Shown here: positions 12,495 through 24,149 of the stretch, piece by piece
Position numbering within the stretch: the stretch's first letter is position 1
How the letters are laid out: every line of letters starts with the position of its first letter
Assembly: GCF_004010195.1 (NCBI RefSeq)
Contig: NC_057718.1
Location: 43,399,970 to 43,463,969, forward strand
DNA length: 64,000 nt
DNA from: Chiloscyllium plagiosum
Taxonomy: Eukaryota
Reading direction: 5' to 3'
Notes under the pieces: generated by a model
Told to the model about the DNA's origin: nothing
What the model saw: the letters and a program-made list of their open reading frames with translations, nothing else
Databases searched by the model: none
Made by a program: the position numbers and the translations under genes

Positions 12495-14064
12495 GTAAGG
12501 AAAAAAAACTAGATGGACTTGATTATATGGTTTAGTTGATTGCTTGAGAAATATTTAATGGAAATCAACATTGTGTTGGTGTTAACTTGAATTTACTTGT
12601 GAGAAAGTAAGTGTGTTAATCGAAGTTATGTACTTTACAATTAGCACTCTAATGATTATACTCGACCTTCAGTTTATCTTGTCAAAAATCATATTTTTGA
12701 ATTCAGGCACTATATGTAATTTCAATTTCTGCAAATAGTTTCAAATAATATAGTGCAAAACTTTACAACTAAATTAAGTTTGTAAAGAAAATATTGAACT
12801 TTTTTCAGAGAAATAAAATATTTTATTCCATTCTTCTGTAGATTGGACTTCGAATTACAATTTGAACTGAAAATCCCAATATTTTACTAATAAAAGGAAA
12901 ATTGCATCCTCGTGGGAATAGTGTCTAATTTAGGATACAACTAAAGTTCTAAACTTTACAGTGCACTAAATCTTGAAGCTCTGATCAATAAAGATGACAT
13001 CTTCAGTATGCTCACTATCAAACATTTAAATTCAATTTATTGAGAAGATACATTTTCTCTCAAGGATGACCTTTTGGTTACCAAGCATTGTGTTGCATTG
13101 ATATTTCAAATAATTGAAGTAACTTTATTGGTATGTTACATTTTGCTAAGATTTGTCAATTCATTGGGTTATTTTCCAAGTTTGGAAAGCATAGCAACAC
13201 ACAGAAGTTTATTGACTGTGCCATCTGAAGCCACATGTGGTTTGCCAGTTAGAAACACTCTGTCTTAGCATAACTGCTGTGGAAAGCATATTGCCCTGTA
13301 ACCAGCAATTCTACGTTCAAGAGTGCCCTCATAGAAATTCTTTCAATGCTGATCTTGTACCTGGATCCTTAGACACTTGTGGCACTTAGGACAATTATGA
13401 TTTGAGACCAGGCTCTTCAAGGAATGCCACCAGTTTTATATTTTGGAATCAAACAGAATGTTATACTACACCTCCTCTTCAAAATCTTGGATTTGGAAGT
13501 TCATTTACCTTAACAGTACTGTTGCAACCTCACCTCGAGGATGTAATGTAAGTAATGCAACAGGTGCTGGCTCAGAGCTTCTTCAAAATAATTGAAGAAT
13601 TTAAGAAAAATGTCATGCCATATTCACACAAAATATGTTATAATTCACAACATTATGTTGGCTAGCAAGTTATTATAAATATTTTGCAGTTATACCTGTA
13701 GAAGTAGGATATTTGATTGCAGGCCCTATATTATTGTTACATCAGGTATAATCAGGTAGATGCACCTGCACATCATCTGTAGTTTACTAAAGTTCCCACA
13801 TCCAAGTTGGAAAATATTCTGATGCCCTTTCATTAAAATCAAAGCTACAATTGGCAGGAAAGCATTTAACAAATCATAAATGATCGATTAGAAATTACAG
13901 TAATGTACTTGAATGAATAATTGTAGCTTTCTGTATTTTTTGATGCCGTGCAATTTTGCATTATCTATATATTATCAGGATAATTTTAGGTTTGTTACAG
14001 TCCATTTTGATTTTTATTTTATTCCCTCACTTCCATTCATGATGATTCTTTATATGGATTACAG

Positions 14065-14156
14065 GTAACTTTGCTATTACGGGGTAGTTGCATTCTTGTG
14101 TGGTCTTGCGCTGTACAAAAAATGCTCTATACAAATATACTTAAAGTGTTGGCGAC
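14065..14156 (+). pseudogene. Candidate exon
   Basis: ttacag| ... AC|gtaagc; phase-0 open frame VTLLLRGSCILVWSCAVQKMLYTNILKVLA, compatible in phase with the previous segment. Confidence 0.45.
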
Positions 14157-14182
14157 GTAAGCGCATTATAGCTAACACACAC

Positions 14183-14292
14183 TTATACCCAAAGTGTTGA
14201 TTCTCCTGCTCCTCGGATGCTGCCTGACTTGCTGTGCTTCTCCAGCACCACACTTTTTGACTCTTCAGCATCTGCAATCCTCACTTTCTCCT
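14183..14292 (+). mobile_element. Penelope-type terminal fragment (family A)
   Basis: ...ttctcctgctcctcggatgctgcctgac...cagcatctgcaatcctcactttctcct; same family as 42901 and 57986. Confidence 0.85.
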
Positions 14293-14299
14293 CAGAATA

Positions 14300-15230
14300 A
14301 ACAAAGCGGAACCACCGCTCTTAACACTGTAGTTGATTTCTTAATCTATATTGTGAATCCCCCTCATGTTCCCCTCTCTGTTTTCCGGGAATGTTGAGCT
14401 GTCAATCCTACCTAACTTTTAGTCATGTCTCAATAGCTGTGATATCATGCTCCCATATGCCTCTTTGTGCCTTCAGTTTGTGTGTCTTATTCCTCAGGCT
14501 CCTTGCATTAAAAATACATTTCATTTAGCCCTCACCTCTATTTTATCCAATCTTTCCTCTGCCTTGCAGACTCAGTTGTGTTTTAATTTCTAATTCAATC
14601 AAGGCTTCTCTTCCCTCTGGCCTGCTTATCAGTATCCCAACCCTCTGCCAATTTTGTTCAAATCTTTCCCAACATTTCTTACCATTAGTTGATCTCGTTT
14701 CTGTTCAGATGTGACCCATCCAACTTGTACTGGTCCCACATCCCCCAGAAACAACCACAATGCCTCAGGGATCAAACTACCTCCCTTCTGCTTATCTCTC
14801 CAGCTACACATTCATCTGCCCTATTGTATTATTATACTGCCCTATTGTATATTATAAAGAACTCATTTCTCTTTCTTGCTATGCAATTGGTCCCAACATG
14901 GACCAAGACTATTAGCCACTGGAAACCCCCCGCAACTGCCCCCCCACCTCCCGACTCCACTCCGTGACACCTCTGGCCTTGGCCGTGTCCAGCTGCTGAA
15001 GTGCCTGGCTATTCCCCGCACCTATGAATCCCCTATCACAATTGTCCTTCCACATTTCTTCCTTACTAGTCAACACCCCACTCTCTCTCCCACTTGGTGC
15101 CCACCTGAACAGTCGGACTGTCGACAGTACTATGGCCTTGCTAGGCACACATGGTCATCCAAACCATCAAGAGCATTTTGGATTTCCCACATAGTACAAA
15201 TATGCACATCACGGCCCTGAGCTTGTCAGC
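14300..15230 (-). mobile_element. Highly degenerate CR1 LINE (ORF1 / endonuclease start)
   Basis: Minus strand matches the CR1 pattern seen at 27730-28300 (endonuclease start, ...DITAIET). Confidence 0.55.
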
Positions 15231-15689
15231 CATTCCCTAGCTAAATGGAATATGGATTCTTTCCTTTTATTTGACCCTTGCTCCTACATGCATATGAACT
15301 AGAAAAATCTTATTCTTGTTTACTTCCTAAGTCCCACTCAAGTCTGCCTCCAGTCTGTCTGTTTCTCTGCAATGGTCCTTAGCTCACCTGCTGCCTTGAT
15401 GGTGCTGACTGCCTGTCATAGGTTCTCAGCTCAGCCACTCACTAAGGGGAATGGAATAGAAGAAGGCTTAGATGAGATGTTGCTTATTTAGAGCACGAAC
15501 ACCAACATTGGGCTGAACGCTCTGTTTCAGTGGTATAACCTCTGTGTAATTTGTGAATGCTGACAGTTTTATTGAGCTGGTGCTTCCTTTTCATTGGAAA
15601 TTTTGTAATAATATTGCCCTTGCAGTTACATCTGTTTATTGCTTAATACTAGTCTCTGGTATTAAGGTCTATGGTCTTTGGATTATTGG

Positions 15690-15785
15690 AAATAGACAAA
15701 CAGGAGGCTGGAAGGGCAAAACATGCCAGGTATCATCAGGAAGTGGAGAGATCAACGTTTCGGGTATAACCCTTCTTCAGGGTGA
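15690..15785 (-). mobile_element. Penelope-type terminal fragment with hammerhead motif
   Basis: Minus strand CTGAAGA-A-GGGT-TAT-ACCC-GAAA-CG-TT. Confidence 0.7.
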
Positions 15786-15953
15786 CTGATTTGATAAAAA
15801 GTATGTTCATCAGTAAGTGTAGTTTCCAATAACCATTCCAGTGGTAAAACCTGTCTGGATTGTGTGCAAAAGAGGGATTAGCTGTATGTTATTATCTTTA
15901 TCAAATGGATGTCTCAAAGACAGATCCACATCTGAGTCAGTAAAACCCAGGCT

Positions 15954-16017
15954 AGTATGATTGTATCTCATATAAACCCATTAAGAACGATGGGTTTATA
16001 TGCGATATAATCATACT
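15954..16017. repeat. Inverted repeat, 28-bp arms and 8-nt loop
   Basis: agtatgattgtatctcatataaacccat-taagaacg-atgggtttatatgcgatataatcatact; 26 of 28 pairs are Watson-Crick. Confidence 0.92.
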
Positions 16018-16309
16018 CACTCTACTATCCTTTAGAAGCTTCTCTTCTTTCTCCAAATCTAGGAATTCTCATCATTGCTATATGAAGTGAAGCTGTAGCT
16101 GGAAAGAAGATAGGTGGAAGAAATAGGCATTGTGTTGCAAGACTTTTTTTGACAAATAAGACATATTTTAATGTTGTTTACTAACAATGCACCATTATAT
16201 GGAAACAGATAATTGGCTACAAATGAAAAAAAAATGCTTGTTTTGAAAAGGCTATCCTCCATAGTAGAAGGAATAGGTCAGTCATCAGTTGTGGTATTTA
16301 CGTATACAC

Positions 16310-16740
16310 AAACAACACCCTTGCAATAAAAGCTAACATGTTATCTGCCTTGCTAATTTCATGTTATACTTACATGTAATTTTCTGTGATTTATATAGGT
16401 AATCCAAATTCATCTCAATACCAATATTTATAAGTATGTCATCCTTTTGAAAATAGGTTCAACTTGTCTATTCTTGTTGCTGAAGTGGATATAGTTACAT
16501 TTTATATGCATCTGCCACCTCTCTCTTACTAAGCACGTCTTTATCTGTTGTCATCCTGTTTGCATCCTTCTCAGAGCTTACTTTTCAATTTAGCTTTTAT
16601 CATCAGCAAGCTTGGACATTTGCTAGGGATTGCAAGTTGCTGAGACCAAAGCAATGATCCCATTCAGCACTCAACAAGTTACACTCTGTGTTCCTCATTT
16701 TCATTTCATTAACCAATTCTCTGCCCTTACTAATACGTAA
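16310..16740 (-). mobile_element. Old CR1 RT fragment
   Basis: Minus strand KLADDKS.L (the FADD region) and ..KADNMLAFIARV. Confidence 0.65.
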
Positions 16741-17784
16741 GTCCCTAAATGCCAGACCAAGCCATCACAAACAGCTCACCCTATAAGTGTAGGAACAAAC
16801 AGAACTGTCATCAGGAAAGTGACAAGAAGACGACATATTTTGAGACTCATATTGAAACTTGGATTTGTCATCAGTGCTTAAAAAAAATGCCAGCTCCTTA
16901 CTTCATTGCAAAAATGTGAGCTGCTGCAAATCAGCTATGTTCGGCTCCATGATCACAATCCCTGCTTCTCATTGGTGAGGTCTTGTTGCCATCAAAACCT
17001 GAGAAGCTTGGTCATCATTTCCCCAGATTACTAAAGTTCTAACTAATTAAAGAATATCCCAAGGTATTTCAGCTGTCAAACAGCTAATCTATATTCACAT
17101 TTTAATTTTTTTTTGGCAAATGTACCAGAGTACATTAATGTAACCTTGTACAGTGAATATGAAGGAGCTGTGTGGTGAAATCAGTGATTTCTTTTACAAT
17201 TATGTCCTATCTATTGGAATTGATTGTTGCTGTTGTGCAAATTACATGTACATAGAACAAGAATTGATACCTGACAAAATTCTGGAAATCTAGTTTATCT
17301 AAACTTTGGAAGTTATTTTGCTGTAACAGCTGTGAAATTTAAGCTTGAATTTACTGTCAGCATTAGTATAGCATAAAAATATAAGAAATGCTTCTGGGAC
17401 ACATTGTTTTCAGTTGGAGGCATGTTGAGAGTTCTTTAGATTTTCAGACCATCCTTTTTTAAACAAATTGAAATATAATTTTAATGCATGGAATATTGTG
17501 AGATTTTCTTGAGATATGCTCTTGGCAGGTGGTACACTCTACTGGATACACCAGATCACAAGGTTGCAGCTTTTTGTGTATCACATTAACTCTTGTCTCT
17601 TTTCTTTTAACAGGGCCATTCACTCAGATAAAGCAAATAAGTTAATGTGTCTGTTGAAAGTTGAGAAATGAAGTTCATAAAAATTCTTAAGTATTCAGAC
17701 TAGACTATCACACTTCAGTATTGATCTCATTGGTGTAAATGCATGCATTATTGGAACATGGAATGAAAATCCCATGATGTGAAT

Positions 17785-19470
17785 CACCATAAGATTGTAA
17801 AGACCATAGGGTATACAGCAGAATGAGTCCTCTTGGCATGTCAAGTCTGCTCCAACATTTGACCAGAGCTGATATGTTTCTCAATTCCATTCTTTTTCTG
17901 CATTCTCCCCACAATATTGATCTCATCTCCTTATTAAACCAAAACTTATCTACCAATTTTTAAAGTACACTGAGTAACTTGATCTCCACAGCCTCCTGTG
18001 GCAGTGAGTTCCACAAAATCTCTACCCTCGGGGTGAAGAAATTCCTTCTCTTCTCAGTTCTAAAGGGTTGTCCCTTCGTTCTCAGGCTGTACCATTGGCT
18101 CCTAGCATCTCCAACCAGTGGAAACATCTTCTTCCTGCCAATTTTATCCAGGGTTCTCAAGGTTCTGTAAGTTTTAATGAGATCAACCCTTCATTCTTCT
18201 CAACTCCACTAAATCCAGACCCAGAGTTCTCAACTGCTCTTCATTTGACAGAGAGTCATACAATCATAGAGTCCTAAAGTACTGAGACTGGCCCTTTGGC
18301 CCAAACTGGGTCATGCCAACCAAATCATCCTTCATGCCTGAGATCATTCTTGCAAACCTGCTCTGCATCTTCTCCAAGGCCAACCTTAGATACTGGCCCA
18401 AAACTGCTCACAGTATTCCAAATGTGGTCTGACCAGAGCCTTACAGAGCCTCCAATAGTACATGCCTACTCTAGCCCTCTTGAAATAAATGCTAACATTG
18501 TATTTATCTTCCAAACTGCCAACTGAACCTGCAAATTAACGTTAAGAGAATCCTGAATTACGCCTCTAAGTACCTTTATGCTTCAGATTTCTGAAGCCTC
18601 TTCCCAATTAGAGAACACTTTCCCAGGTTTGTATTCCATCTGCCACTTTTTTGCCCACTCTTGTAGACTGTCCAAGTCCTTCTGTTTCCTCAATATTATC
18701 TGTCTCTCCACCTATCTCTGCGTCATCTGAAAATTTAACAAAAGTGCCTTCAGTTCCTTCACCCAGATTGGTAATATCTAACATGACTAATGATCCCAAT
18801 ACATGATCCCTGCGGAACTTCACTGTTTACCAGCTGCCATCCTGAAAAAGACCCCTTTATCCCCACTGTCTCCCTTCTGTCAGTCAGCCAACTCTCATCT
18901 CATCCAGTACCTTGCCTCTAACACTGGAGGCTCTTATTTAGCAGCCTCCTGTATGGCACGTTATCAAAGACCTTCTAGAAATCCAAATAGATCACCTCCG
19001 TTGACCCTCTTTTGTCTGATTTGCTCATTACCTTCTCAAAGAATGCTAACAGATTTGTCAGGCATGACCTCTCCTTGATGTGCTGACTTAGCCTTATGTT
19101 ACCACACACATCCACATACTCTTCAATCTCATCCTTAATAATGGACTCTAAAATCTTACCACTGACCAAGACCAGCCTAACTAGCCTGTAACTTCCTATA
19201 TTCTGTCTCCCTCCCTTCTTAAGCAGGGATGTTACAATAGTCATTCTCCAGTCCTCTGGGTCCCTTCCCTGACTCTAGTGCATTGGTACAGTGTACAACC
19301 TTCCATAAGATATAGGAACAAAAGCAGGCCAATCAGCTCATCAGGTCTTCTCTGTGATTCAGTAAGATCTTGGCTAACCTGCTATCCCTCAATCTCACTT
19401 TATTGCCTTTTTCCTACAACCATTGATTCCCTTACTGATTTTAAAAATAGTGACCTTTTTAGCTTTACTG
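17785..19470 (-). mobile_element. CR1 LINE (RT to 3' end, ~17785-19275) with a small CR1 tail insert (~18250-18325) and a separate CR1 3' end (~19300-19470)
   Basis: KKGGRQ..YRLVRL, SCLTNLLAFFE, VIYLDF, KFSDD, WNSLPQEAVE. Confidence 0.9.
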
Positions 19471-19948
19471 AGTCTGCTATAATTTCTAATCCATTAGGAC
19501 TGGATTATGTTGTGCAATTCACTCATCTTTTTGAGTAAACAGGGAGATGGAAGGTAAAAAGGAACTGTTAAGGGGCATCTTTTATCTTTTCTAAAGATTT
19601 TTCATTCTTATTTTTCTGTACTCTTTCCTTATTTTTTGGAAGTTTTATATCTACGGTGATGAAAACACATTCATTACATGATGCTGCACTTCCTTGCTAT
19701 TTTAAGGGTGTTACATATCTGATCTTCAAAGAAGTTATCATTACAATGTATACTGAAGTTGGCATAGCTAAGATAGATATATATCCTCAACTCCATATAT
19801 TGGTTCTGTAAAATAATTGAGTTTGATGGCATACATTGCAACCAGTGCATTGACTGTAAATGTGCTCTCACAATGTTATAACCAGTAAGACTATTTGCTG
19901 CTAAAGACACAAATTTTATAGTTTTCATATTTTCATCTCAACTATCAG

Positions 19949-20210
19949 ATTTGGTTGCATGATAGCTGTCATATTAGTAAATAAAGTTTTTTTGTGATAT
20001 TGCTTCTCGCACTAATATCCTGGCAATGACGTTTAACAATGACATACATGAAATATTTCACATGATTTATTGAGACTCACACATTTCTATCGCAGCCATT
20101 TCCATTCTGTCTGCGTATGATGCCTGATTGTCAATTTGGAACTTATTGTCCATGATAACACGTTGACTTTGTGTTGAGTCCTTCTGATTCCCAAGATGTG
20201 GCCTTTCGGT
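19949..20210 (+). pseudogene. Candidate decayed exon
   Basis: ttttcatctcaactatcag|; DLVA**LSY**IKFFCDIASRTNILAMTFNNDIHEIF and later SILSAYDA*LSIWNLLS (WD40 D..L.IWN). The 3' boundary is uncertain. Confidence 0.45.
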
Positions 20211-20899
20211 AGATGGTGCTGTATTCTATTGAGTCTTGTATCTGAAAATGAGTGAAATTCTCATTTTCAACTACCATTCTGCCCAAAATATTACTTTTAA
20301 TTTGTTTTTAATATATTCTTTACATTCTTTCTTATATATGTATTTCTTTCAAGTTAAAACATTGTTGATGCCATGATGGAGCATGCACCAAGGGTATTCG
20401 TAGCTACTTGGGAGTAAATTAGGCAATGCAGGTAGACATTTTGAGAGACCAATACTGAGAGAGGGAGAAAGTATAAGAGAAGTAATTGTGTAAAATAAAA
20501 TGTACACATAGAGAACATGAGAGAGAAAAAAATGATCATAAGGCAATTAGAGCCGAAGGCACTATCAGTACATCTTTCAGGGAGTAATGATATTTGGGGC
20601 AGAAATCCCACCCTGTTCTCTCTAGAGCTGCTAACCTATGATTGGCCAGCAGCTTTCATTGCAGCAAGTGCCATTGTGCAATTCACCCATCAGTTGTCTA
20701 GAATCAATGAGGATCCAAAGGCAAAAGCATTTGAATGTGGGAGTGTAGTGTACCGGTGTACTGGGTGGTGTTGGTTGAGGTTGGGGATGTAGGGGTGTGG
20801 TGGCTGGTGGTGACAGAGATTATTAAAGTCTCAAACTGTTGAAAATGAATGCAGCTTGGATGTCTCTAAAGTGACTAATTGCAAAATGAGGCCCTCTTC

Positions 20900-21035
20900 C
20901 TTCAAGATGTTTGGGGCCATGTATATGGATTGACTGCAGCTAATTCTCCGTCTTCCACTCATGCTGACATCTTTGTCCAGTGAAGCTTAACATACGCTCT
21001 ACGATGGATCTCTGGGAATTGTGCAGCTCTAGCAA
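20900..21035 (+). pseudogene. Candidate decayed exon
   Basis: DVWGHVYGLTAANSPSSTHADIFVQ*SLTYA, then a frameshift to DGSLGI (WD40 GH...T ... DGSL.I). Boundaries uncertain. Confidence 0.4.
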
Positions 21036-21529
21036 ATTCCTTTTTTCTTATTCTTAAACGTGCTGTCCTACAATCTATCTTCAATGACAACTGGACCTAC
21101 TTGGAAGGTCCCAGATAGAGACTTAAACCAACTAGCTCCAACTTTAAACCTATTATTTGATCTGGAAAGTATATTGATGAATTTAAGATCTTGCTTGTTT
21201 ACTGGTTACTGTCAAGTTGTTTGATCTGGGACTCACACAAACAATTTAAAGCTTTTTTTTCTGAATTTTTGGGAAGATGAATTAGAGGTGTTTTCCCATT
21301 GTCAACTTTGATTTGATTAACTAAACCTCAGGGCACCCTTTCATTTGCATTTACTTCAACAGCTTCTCATCACGGGTTTACATATCTTACATTTAAGTTT
21401 CAATCCTATTAAAAGTTTTACTCCTTAGAAAGATCAATCATAAAATTAAACATTTTTGCAATACTTGGTGAGTGCACCAAGTTTATCTCAAACATCACCA
21501 TTTAGAATTTTCATGACCTTTTAAAATTA

Positions 21530-22870
21530 AATCTACTTTTCTATTTTGTTACTGAATTGAGTAACCTCAAATTTCCTCGCATTATGCTTTTATTTATTGC
21601 CTTGATAACCACTCACTTAATCTGCCTTTATCTCTTTGCAGCCTCTTTGTGTCCACCTCAATGTTTACATTGCCACCTTTCTTCCTATCAGCAGTAATTT
21701 TGGATACCTTACTTTCTGTCCTCTATTTTAAGTATAATTAACATATCGTGAATAGTTGGAATTCAAGCACCAATCCTTGCAGCACTGCATCAGTTACAGC
21801 CTGACAACCTGAAAACAAACCTCTTATCCCTAACCTCTGCTTTCTGTCCATTAATCAGTTTCCATATATCCTAATATAGCACTCAAAACTCTGAGTGTGC
21901 TAACATTTTATAATGTACCTTACTAATTTCTTTTGAAAATCCAAGTATACTTCCTTTACTGGCACAATTTTATCAACCTTACTGGTTATGAACTCAGTTT
22001 TAATGGAGTTTTATACTTCCCTTTCCTAAACTCCCATTGAACTCTGTCTTATTGTGCCATGATGTTATGATACATTTCTTTGACTTCCTAAACAATGGAT
22101 TCAGCATTTTCCTGATGACTTGTCTGTTTGACTGGGCTATAATATTTTGTTTTCTTGCTTCTAGTTTCACCATCAACTGTGTTATATTTGCAAGCTGCCA
22201 AGCAGCTTGGACCGTTCCAGAGTCCTGGAAGTTTGGAAAATAATATATCCACTACATCTGTAGGTATCCCTTTTAGAATTCTGGGCTTTTATCTCTCCAG
22301 TCTGCAGGCACCCTGCCTCTATTCCTGATGAAGGGCTTTTGCCTGAAATGTCGATTTTCCTGCTCCTCGGATGCTGCCTGACCTGTTGTGCTTTTCCAGC
22401 ACCACTCTAATCTAGACTCTGGTTTCCAGCATCTGCAGTTTTTACCTTGTAGACTATCAGGTCTTCGAAATTTGTCAACTTTAGGTTCAGCTTTGTCCTT
22501 AAGTTTGTATAATACTTTTTCTTCTTCTGACATTAATTCTTTAAATTCCTCAATCTTGGTTACAATGTAATTTGGATGGTGATGTATGCTTCTTTTGTTA
22601 AAAAATTACTCATGAGATGTGGGCATCGCTGGCTGGACCAGCATTTATTTACCATTCCTGTTTCCCTTGAGAAAGTGGTGGTGAGCTGCCCTCTTGAACT
22701 GCTGTGGTAGATCCTCAATGCCATTTCTATAATGAAGACAGACACAAAATATTTGTTCAACTTCTCTTACATTTCTTCAATCCCTGTGATACGTTCCCCT
22801 GTCTCAATTTCTAAGGGATCAAAGTTTAGTGCTGCTATTTCCCTCCGTGTACCTGCCTTCTTTTTCATAT
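21530..22870 (-). mobile_element. Old CR1 ORF2 fragments, interrupted by younger insertions
   Basis: Minus strand LNKYFVSVF and degenerate RT segments. Confidence 0.65.
22279..22450 (+). mobile_element. Penelope-type terminal element (family A) with hammerhead motif at 22321-22356
   Basis: attc-CTGATGA-a-gggc-tttt-gcct-GAAA-tg-TC-gatt followed by the family A body and tail. Confidence 0.85.
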
Positions 22871-22946
22871 ATTTTTAAAAGTCCTAGCAATCTTTTTCAA
22901 ATTTCAAATTTTTGGTCATATTTTGACAACTTCTAATATTTTGCAG

Positions 22947-23096
22947 ATTTTCCAATGGCCAGATACATTTTCTGATGCAGAGATGGAAATTGCAAATGGG
23001 ACCTGGCAGAACTCCATTGTAGCAAACCTGAAAGGAGTAGCCTGGGAAACTGAAGAATCCGCTGGGCAGTTCCCCTACTCCTGGAACCTTCTGAAA
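22947..23096 (+). pseudogene. Candidate exon (150 nt)
   Basis: aatattttgcag| ... AAA|gtatcc. One frame is open (IFQWPDTFSDAEMEIANG...); another begins FSNGQIHFL and joins DAEMEI with a single indel. Confidence 0.45.
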
Positions 23097-23174
23097 GTAT
23101 CCATTTAAATCAAAGAATCTGGGGAGTTTTGCTGCAGTTAAGTAAACAGACTGCTGTCTTAACATATTGTAGAA

Positions 23175-23350
23175 CTGCTAGCTCATTAGAGAATGATAAT
23201 TGATGTTGGTTTAACCAGAGGATCACCATACCTGAGATGAGGGGAGAGCTTGAGAAGGAGAGTCCTTCTTGGAAACCTCAGCTGGTGCAGGAATTGAACA
23301 AACAATTGGCATCACTCTGCAGTGCAAACCAGCTGAGCTAACTGACTCCC
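23175..23350 (-). mobile_element. tRNA-derived SINE of a second family
   Basis: Minus strand GTTAGCTCAGCTGG (A box) ... GTTCAATTCC (B box), followed by a body unlike the V-SINE. Confidence 0.65.
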
Positions 23351-24149
23351 TTTGTTAAGTAAATTGTTACAAAGGACAAGGTAAACTATTAAAAACCTTG
23401 TCTAACTCCTGTACAAACAATAAACTGCCTCCCAACTTTACACACTTTACCTCACAAACCCAGACTACACCCACACCTCCCCCCACCCCGAGTCTGACAC
23501 GAAACTTCATTTCCACCTCTGGAATTGTCACCCCCCGCCCCATTGCTACCTGTCAGTCGATGGTCCTGACCCCCAGTCCCAATCTGACAATCCTCCTGCC
23601 AACCCTCATATCTACCACAAAGCCCAACCTACTGTAAATACTCTGTCACCTGCCTAGCCCAATTGCTTTCTTCTCCCCGGTATCCCAGTTATCCAGCACC
23701 CTACCCTCCTGACATCCACATCTCATAGTTGCCATATATACTGATCATTTCACAGCGGGTGTCAAAGTATGTGATGTTGTACCTTTACAATTTAGCAGAC
23801 AACAACTGACTTCAATGAGAAAGTTGCTGTGGTTTGCCTATTCCTGCCTGCTTTCCTCTGTTGGGGACCTGACAGAATTGAAGTATAGCTCTGTATTTCG
23901 GAAAGGTCCCTGATTGGAATGTCCTGTCAGAAATGCTCTTTAGTTGCATAAAAAAAAGAGTTTAAAGTTGTATGAGATTGCTATAATTTGTAAAATCTGG
24001 CTCTTTTATTTTTAAAATCCAGCTTTGTCCTTAACTTCCCTCAGGGATATCTATTTCTTGCTGACTTTTTTTGTTTCAATAAAATATATATTTTTGATCA
24101 TGCATTTTATATTTCTTTTAATTTCCCTCTGTTTATTTATAACCATGTC

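Noticed and set aside
17614..17700. Strong acceptor tcttttcttttaacag
   Set aside because: There is no convincing donor or motif and all frames close quickly, so it was left out of the exon list.
23097..23105. GTATCCATT as a U12-type donor
   Set aside because: It deviates from GTATCCTT and I could not identify a matching U12 branch site.
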